Of a stretch of 64,000 nucleotides of DNA, positions 58,760 through 64,000 are shown piece by piece (positions within the stretch are counted from its first letter, which is position 1; the number at the start of each line of letters is the position of its first letter). The stretch comes from Candidatus Iainarchaeum sp. (GTDB lineage: Archaea; Iainarchaeota; Iainarchaeia; Iainarchaeales; UBA10191). Below the pieces are notes generated by a model, which saw only the letters and a list, made by a program, of their open reading frames with translations, made no database searches and was not told where the DNA came from. The stretch is from NCBI GenBank assembly GCA_030649735.1, contig JAUSFL010000008.1:32001-96000 (forward strand), given 5' to 3'. A program made the translations under genes and the position numbers.

Positions 58760-58922
58760 TTAAAAAAACCTCCAAAATAGAATTTTGTATTGCATTGAAG
58801 GCGTTTCCTGGATTTAAAGCTTTGGCTTGGCTTTAAAATAAAAAGAAAGAAGGAAAAAAAGCCTTGAAAAGAGATTGTTTCTTTTCTTATACAATCTTTT
58901 CCACGGCTTTTTTTTGAACAAG

Positions 58923-61571
58923 TCACTTTTTCTTGTCTTTCAATGCAGCGTGCGCTGCCGCAAGCCTTGCGATTGGCACGCGGAATGGAGAACAGCTCAC
59001 ATAGCTCAAGCCGACATTGTGGCAGAACTCGACTGATTTTGGGTCTCCGCCTTGCTCTCCGCAAATTCCGACCTTTAATTCAGGCTTTGTTTTGCGGCCT
59101 TTTGAAACGCTCATTTTGATGAGCTCTCCAACGCCTTCCTGGTCTACTGATTCGAAAGGGTCGTCCTTGAAGATTTTCTTGTCCAAGTAGTGCTTGATGA
59201 AAGTTCCTGCATCATCCCTTGAAAACCCGAAGGTTGTTTGCGTCAAGTCGTTTGTTCCAAAGCTGAAGAATTCCGCATGCTCTGCAATCTTGTCTGCTAT
59301 AATGCATGCCCTTGGCAGTTCCATCATCACTCCAACTTTGTACTTGACTTTTTCGCCCTTGGTTTGCATTATTGCTTTTGCAGTGTTGTCAATGAGCTCT
59401 TTCATGAATTTCATTTCATTTTCCAAGCAAAGCACTGGAACCATGATTTCTGCTTTTGCGTCAATGCCCTTGCGCTTTGAGTCAATTGCCGCCTCAATTA
59501 TTGCCTGCACTTGCATTTCAGCAATTTCAGGATAAACTATTGCAAGCCTGCAGCCCCTGAAGCCAAGCATTGGGTTGAACTCGTGCAGTGCGTGAATTGT
59601 TGACTTGACTTTTTCAACGCTTATTTTCATTTCAGTCGCCAAGTCCTTGATGTCTTTTTCTTCCCTTGGCAAAAACTCGTGCAATGGAGGATCCAAAAGC
59701 CTGATTGTTACATCAAGCCCGTTCATTGCCTCGAACAGTCCCAAAAAGTCTGCTTTTTGGTAAGGCAATAATTTTGTCAATGCTTTTTTCCTGCCTTCTA
59801 AAGTGTCTGCCAGAATCATTTCACGCATTGCCTTGATTCTTTCGCCTTCAAAAAACATGTGCTCTGTCCTGCAAAGCCCGATTCCTTCAGCGCCAAAATT
59901 GCGCGCAACTTGCGCGTCGTGCGGAGTGTCGGCGTTTGTTCTAACGCCCAGCTTTTTGAAACTGTCGGCCCATTTCATTAATTCCCCGAATTCTCCCTTC
60001 ATTTGCGGTTCAACTAATGGAATTTCTCCCTGGTATACTTCTCCAGTTGCTCCGTCAAGGCTTACTATTTCGAATTCCTTGATTTTGATGCCTTTTGAAG
60101 GAACTTCAAAATATCCTTCCTTTTCATGCACTGTTATTTCTCCGCAGCCTGAAACGCAAGGCTTTCCCATTCCTCTGGCTACAACCGCAGCATGAGATGT
60201 GATTCCGCCCCTTGCCGTCAAAAATCCCTGGCTTACGTGCATTCCTTCAATGTCTTCAGGGCTTGTTTCAGTCCTGATGAGCACGATTTTTTCTTTAGGG
60301 TTTTTTTCAAACATGTCTTTTGCTTTTTCTGCGTTAAAGACTGCCTTTCCCACTGCTGCTCCAGGGGATGCCGCGAGTCCTTTTGCAATGACTTCATGCT
60401 TTTCCCTGGCAATTGGATCAAGCTGTTTGTGCAGCAATTGGTTCAATTGGTTCGGGTCAACGCGCAATACTGCCTCTTCTTTGGAAATTATTCCTTCCTT
60501 TTCCATGTCCACTGCGATTTTCACTGCGGCGTGCGCTGTCCTTTTTCCTTTTCTTGTCTGCAATAAATAGAGCTTGTTTTTTTCTATTGTGAATTCAAAG
60601 TCTTGCATTTCCTTGTAATTCTTTTCAAGGATTTCATAAGTTTCAATTAATTCCTCGTAGGCCTTTGGCAGGTATTTTTTCAAGGCGTCAATTGGCTCTG
60701 GAGTCCTGATGCCTGCAACAACGTCTTCTCCTTGCGCGTTAATCAGGAATTCTCCATAGTGTTCCTTGTTTCCGTTTGCCGGATTGCGCGTGAATGCAAC
60801 CCCGGTTCCAGAGTCATTTCCCATGTTCCCAAAAACCATTGACTGTACATTGACTCCGGTTCCAGCATCGTCGCGGAGCTTGTTGATTCTTCTGTACGCG
60901 AGGGCGCGGGTGCAGTTCCAAGAGCTGAACACTGCGTCAATTGACAACGTTAATTGTTCCCAAGGGTTTTGCGGGAATTCTTTCCCTTTTTCCTGCTTTA
61001 CTATTGCCTTGTATTCTGAAACTATTTTTTTCAAGTCTTCAGCGTCAAGCTCTGTGTCGAAAGAAACTCCTTTGGTCTCTTTTGCCTTTTCAAGCACGTG
61101 CTCGAATTTTGGCATGTCAATTTCCAGCACGACATCACCGAACATTTGGATGAACCGCCTGTAAGAGTCCCATGCTGCGCGTTCATTTTTTGTTTGTGAG
61201 CCAAAGGCAACAACGCTTTTGTCATTCATTCCTAAATTAAGGATTGTTTCCATCATTCCAGGCATTGAAACATAGCTTCCGCTCCTGACTGACACAAACA
61301 GCGGGTTTTTGTCGTCGCCAAGCTTTTTTCCCATTTTTTTTTCCAAGGCCTCAAGCTTTTTCTTTACCTGTTCATTAAGCCCGACTGGCCATTTTTTTCC
61401 CAAATCGTAAAATTCCCTGCAGCCTTCAGTGGTTATTGTGAATCCTGGAGGCACTGGCAGGCCTTTGCTTGTCATTTCGCACAATTGCGCTCCCTTATTT
61501 CCAAGCAAAAACTGCGCTTCTTCAGTATTTCCTTCTTTTATCTCTTCAAAGCTGAAAACATAATCTTTCAT
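58923..61571 (-). CDS. ppdK: Pyruvate, phosphate dikinase
   Basis: LLGNKGA, SMPGMMET, GGITSHAAV (phospho-His), FSFGTNDLTQ, GICGE. Confidence 0.98.
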   Translation of the reverse strand: MKDYVFSFEEIKEGNTEEAQFLLGNKGAQLCEMTSKGLPVPPGFTITTEGCREFYDLGKKWPVGLNEQVKKKLEALEKKMGKKLGDDKNPLFVSVRSGSYVSMPGMMETILNLGMNDKSVVAFGSQTKNERAAWDSYRRFIQMFGDVVLEIDMPKFEHVLEKAKETKGVSFDTELDAEDLKKIVSEYKAIVKQEKGKEFPQNPWEQLTLSIDAVFSSWNCTRALAYRRINKLRDDAGTGVNVQSMVFGNMGNDSGTGVAFTRNPANGNKEHYGEFLINAQGEDVVAGIRTPEPIDALKKYLPKAYEELIETYEILEKNYKEMQDFEFTIEKNKLYLLQTRKGKRTAHAAVKIAVDMEKEGIISKEEAVLRVDPNQLNQLLHKQLDPIAREKHEVIAKGLAASPGAAVGKAVFNAEKAKDMFEKNPKEKIVLIRTETSPEDIEGMHVSQGFLTARGGITSHAAVVARGMGKPCVSGCGEITVHEKEGYFEVPSKGIKIKEFEIVSLDGATGEVYQGEIPLVEPQMKGEFGELMKWADSFKKLGVRTNADTPHDAQVARNFGAEGIGLCRTEHMFFEGERIKAMREMILADTLEGRKKALTKLLPYQKADFLGLFEAMNGLDVTIRLLDPPLHEFLPREEKDIKDLATEMKISVEKVKSTIHALHEFNPMLGFRGCRLAIVYPEIAEMQVQAIIEAAIDSKRKGIDAKAEIMVPVLCLENEMKFMKELIDNTAKAIMQTKGEKVKYKVGVMMELPRACIIADKIAEHAEFFSFGTNDLTQTTFGFSRDDAGTFIKHYLDKKIFKDDPFESVDQEGVGELIKMSVSKGRKTKPELKVGICGEQGGDPKSVEFCHNVGLSYVSCSPFRVPIARLAAAHAALKDKKK

Positions 61572-61660
61572 TAAAACTCACCTGCTTTTTTTCCGTGAAA
61601 ACTCAAAGAAATTTGCTGTTAATCTTGAAAGTAGAAGTCAATAAAAAAGGAATCTTTTTT

Positions 61661-62899
61661 TTACAAGATTCCGACTTGCTGCAAAACCAGTGTAATGCTT
61701 AAAGCGCTTAGCGCTATTGCAGAAACCCACGCGATTATGTTGAACCATTTTCCGTTGGTGTACTCGCCCATTATTTTCTTGTCATTGATTATCAAAAGCA
61801 TCATTATCAGGATTATGGGCAGCATTATGCCGTTAATCACTTGCGAAATGTACATTATTGGAATTAATGGAATGTTTGGCAGCATTATAATCAACGCTCC
61901 AACCGCAATGAGTATTGTAATAAGCCCGTAAAATTGCGGCGCTTCCTTGAATTTCTTGTTCACTCCGGAATTCCACCCGAATGCCTCGCAAACAAAGTAT
62001 GCAGTGGCCAATGGCAAAATTGCGGCCGCGAACAATGACGCAATGAACAGTCCAATCCCGAATAATACTGTTGCGTAAGCGCCTGCAAAAGGGCCTAAAG
62101 CCATTGCGGCGTCTTTTGCGCTGTCAACTGCAATTCCACGAGAGAACAAAGTCGCCGCGGTCGCGACAATTATGAAAAACATTATCACTACTGTCACAAT
62201 GCTTCCCAAAATCACGTCAATTCTTGAATATTTTAGGCTTTCTTTCTGCAATCCTTTTTCAACCACGGCGCTTTGCAGGTAGAATTGCATCCAAGGCGCT
62301 ATTGTTGTTCCAACCAATGCAACAAGCATCATCAAATACCCGGCTTCAAAACTTATTACCGGGTTTACAAGGCTGGTTCCGATTGTTCCCCAGTCAGGAT
62401 TTGACATCAGGCCCGCAATCACGTAAGAAATGTAAAACAGGCACGCAATCAAGAATGCCTTTTCCATGCTTTTGTAATTGCTTTTCACAATCAACACCCA
62501 CACGAAAATCGCGCAAGCAGGAACCAAGAGCAGTTTGCTGATTCCAAACAATTCCCCAGAGGCCGCAATGCCTGCAAATTCTGCAATCACGTTCCCCAAG
62601 TTTGTAATCAGCAATCCAACCATTAATGCAAAAGTTATTTTCACGCGAAAGTTTTCCCTTATCAGGTCGCTCAGGCCTTTTCCAGTCGCGATTGCCATCC
62701 TGACTCCCATTTCCTGGATTATGATGAGGACTATTGCGATTGGAATCATTACCCAAAGGAATGCATATCCAAAGTGCGAGCCTGCAATGGAGTATGTTGC
62801 AATTCCGCCGGCGTCATTGTCCACTGCGCTAGTGATTAGTCCAGGCCCGATTGTCATCAAGAACAATAAGAATATTTTTTTGTCAAACTTTAATTCCAT
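61661..62899 (-). CDS. NRAMP-related divalent cation (probably Mg2+) transporter
   Basis: GPG..DNDAGGI in place of DPGN, GTTIAPWMQF. Confidence 0.88.
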   Translation of the reverse strand: MELKFDKKIFLLFLMTIGPGLITSAVDNDAGGIATYSIAGSHFGYAFLWVMIPIAIVLIIIQEMGVRMAIATGKGLSDLIRENFRVKITFALMVGLLITNLGNVIAEFAGIAASGELFGISKLLLVPACAIFVWVLIVKSNYKSMEKAFLIACLFYISYVIAGLMSNPDWGTIGTSLVNPVISFEAGYLMMLVALVGTTIAPWMQFYLQSAVVEKGLQKESLKYSRIDVILGSIVTVVIMFFIIVATAATLFSRGIAVDSAKDAAMALGPFAGAYATVLFGIGLFIASLFAAAILPLATAYFVCEAFGWNSGVNKKFKEAPQFYGLITILIAVGALIIMLPNIPLIPIMYISQVINGIMLPIILIMMLLIINDKKIMGEYTNGKWFNIIAWVSAIALSALSITLVLQQVGIL

Positions 62900-62904
62900 G
62901 AAAA

Positions 62905-64000
62905 TCACTCGTGATTTTTCCTGACTCTCACTGGCTTTGTCCTGACTGGCTCTGTCTGCCATGCTTTCGGCAATACTTCGTCAAACACGTCGCTCATTTG
63001 GATTGTTCCAATTAGCGTTGAATTGTCGTCAATCACTGGAAGCGCCAAAAAATGGTATTTGAAGAAAGTTTTTGCGGCTTTTTTCAAATTGTCATTGGCG
63101 TGCAAAAATACCAGGTTTTGCTCCGCAAGGCTTTTCACCCGGCTTTTAGGGTTTGGGAATACAAGGTCCCTTATTGAAACAACTCCTGAAAGCTTGTTTT
63201 CTTCATTGATCAAGTAAAAATAGTACGGGCTTTCCGGAGTCTTTTGCTTCCTTAAGAAAGCCAGAGTCTGTCCCACAGTATAATTTTCAGGGATTGAAAT
63301 CAATTCCGCCTTCATCAGTCCCCCGACTGAAATTTTTGGGTATTTCAGGATTTGCGAAACTTGCTCTGCCTTTTTGCCGTCAACATGCCTTGCAATGTGC
63401 TGCATTTTTTCCCCGCTTAAAGCAGTGCTCAAGTCCGCGATTTCGTCAGGCGAAAGGTTTTTCACAAGCCTTTTGATTTTTTGCGCGTGCAAGTGCTCCA
63501 TCAAAGAGCGCTGGACATTAGGGTTGGATTCTGCAAACGTATCCGCGGCCTTTTCGTCATTCAATGCATTGAATAAAATGTTTCTTTCAGAATGGCTTAA
63601 TTCTTCAAGCAAGTCCGCAATGTCTGCAGGATGGACCTTGTTTATTTTTGTTTTTGAAAGATTCAGGCTCAAGTGCGCCGGGCTTAATGACAATGCCTGC
63701 ACGTAAGCCCATGGAATAAGCACTGGCTTTAGGCCTGGCTTTAACGCGAGGACTATTTTTTCCACGCCAAGCCTTTTCAAAAGGCTTGTTATTCCGACAG
63801 CAACGCTTGAGATGAAGAACTTTTCCCCGATTTTTGAAAGCAAGACATCATTCACCCTGACGACCTTCAATCCATTAGTGTCAACCAATTGCCTGTCAAG
63901 CAGAATGTCGTTGATTAAAAGGTCAGAGTCTTCAAGTTCTTCGCGCTTTAGCTTTTCTTTAGGGCAGTAAAGGAACACAGCATTGCTTATGCTTGCAATG
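62905..64000 (-). CDS. MgtE N-domain/CBS protein (5' end outside the window)
   Basis: LLDRQLVD..G.KVVRVND (PRC-like), HPADIADLLE, CBS pair; no TM region; frame open to the window edge. Confidence 0.88.
   Translation of the reverse strand, partial: IASISNAVFLYCPKEKLKREELEDSDLLINDILLDRQLVDTNGLKVVRVNDVLLSKIGEKFFISSVAVGITSLLKRLGVEKIVLALKPGLKPVLIPWAYVQALSLSPAHLSLNLSKTKINKVHPADIADLLEELSHSERNILFNALNDEKAADTFAESNPNVQRSLMEHLHAQKIKRLVKNLSPDEIADLSTALSGEKMQHIARHVDGKKAEQVSQILKYPKISVGGLMKAELISIPENYTVGQTLAFLRKQKTPESPYYFYLINEENKLSGVVSIRDLVFPNPKSRVKSLAEQNLVFLHANDNLKKAAKTFFKYHFLALPVIDDNSTLIGTIQMSDVFDEVLPKAWQTEPVRTKPVRVRKNHE

Overview
Archaeal chromosomal window in the standard genetic code. Split rpoB''/B', archaeal-type r-proteins, streamlined operons and many Cys-rich surface proteins suggest a DPANN lineage, possibly Diapherotrites/Iainarchaeota (inference, no search run). 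Contents: (1) a minus-strand ~21 kb fused S10-spc-alpha ribosomal superoperon (uL3 to uS2 plus MEMO1) with secY, rpoD, rpoN and an intron-containing tRNA-Leu(UAA); (2) an accessory surface-protein block (22.5-34.7 kb) with a dockerin-tagged beta-helix protein next to a membrane-anchored cohesin/FN3 scaffold, LamG and S-layer-like lipoproteins, SPFH, two Tyr-rich secreted proteins and an unannotated 34-aa cationic peptide; (3) rtcB/archease, a methyltransferase and membrane proteins; (4) a ~1 kb islet inserted in the 3' end of rps10; (5) the rpoH-B''-B'-A'-A''-eL30-nusA-S12-S7-EF2-EF1a-S10 cluster; (6) an APC permease, PPDK and an NRAMP-like/MgtE-N pair. Best leads: the cohesin-dockerin display pair, the rps10 insertion with a recoded gene end, His-rich tails on three r-proteins, substitutions at near-invariant uS12 and RNAP positions, and structured leaders upstream of uL3 and rpoH. 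All family calls come from motif recognition by eye.
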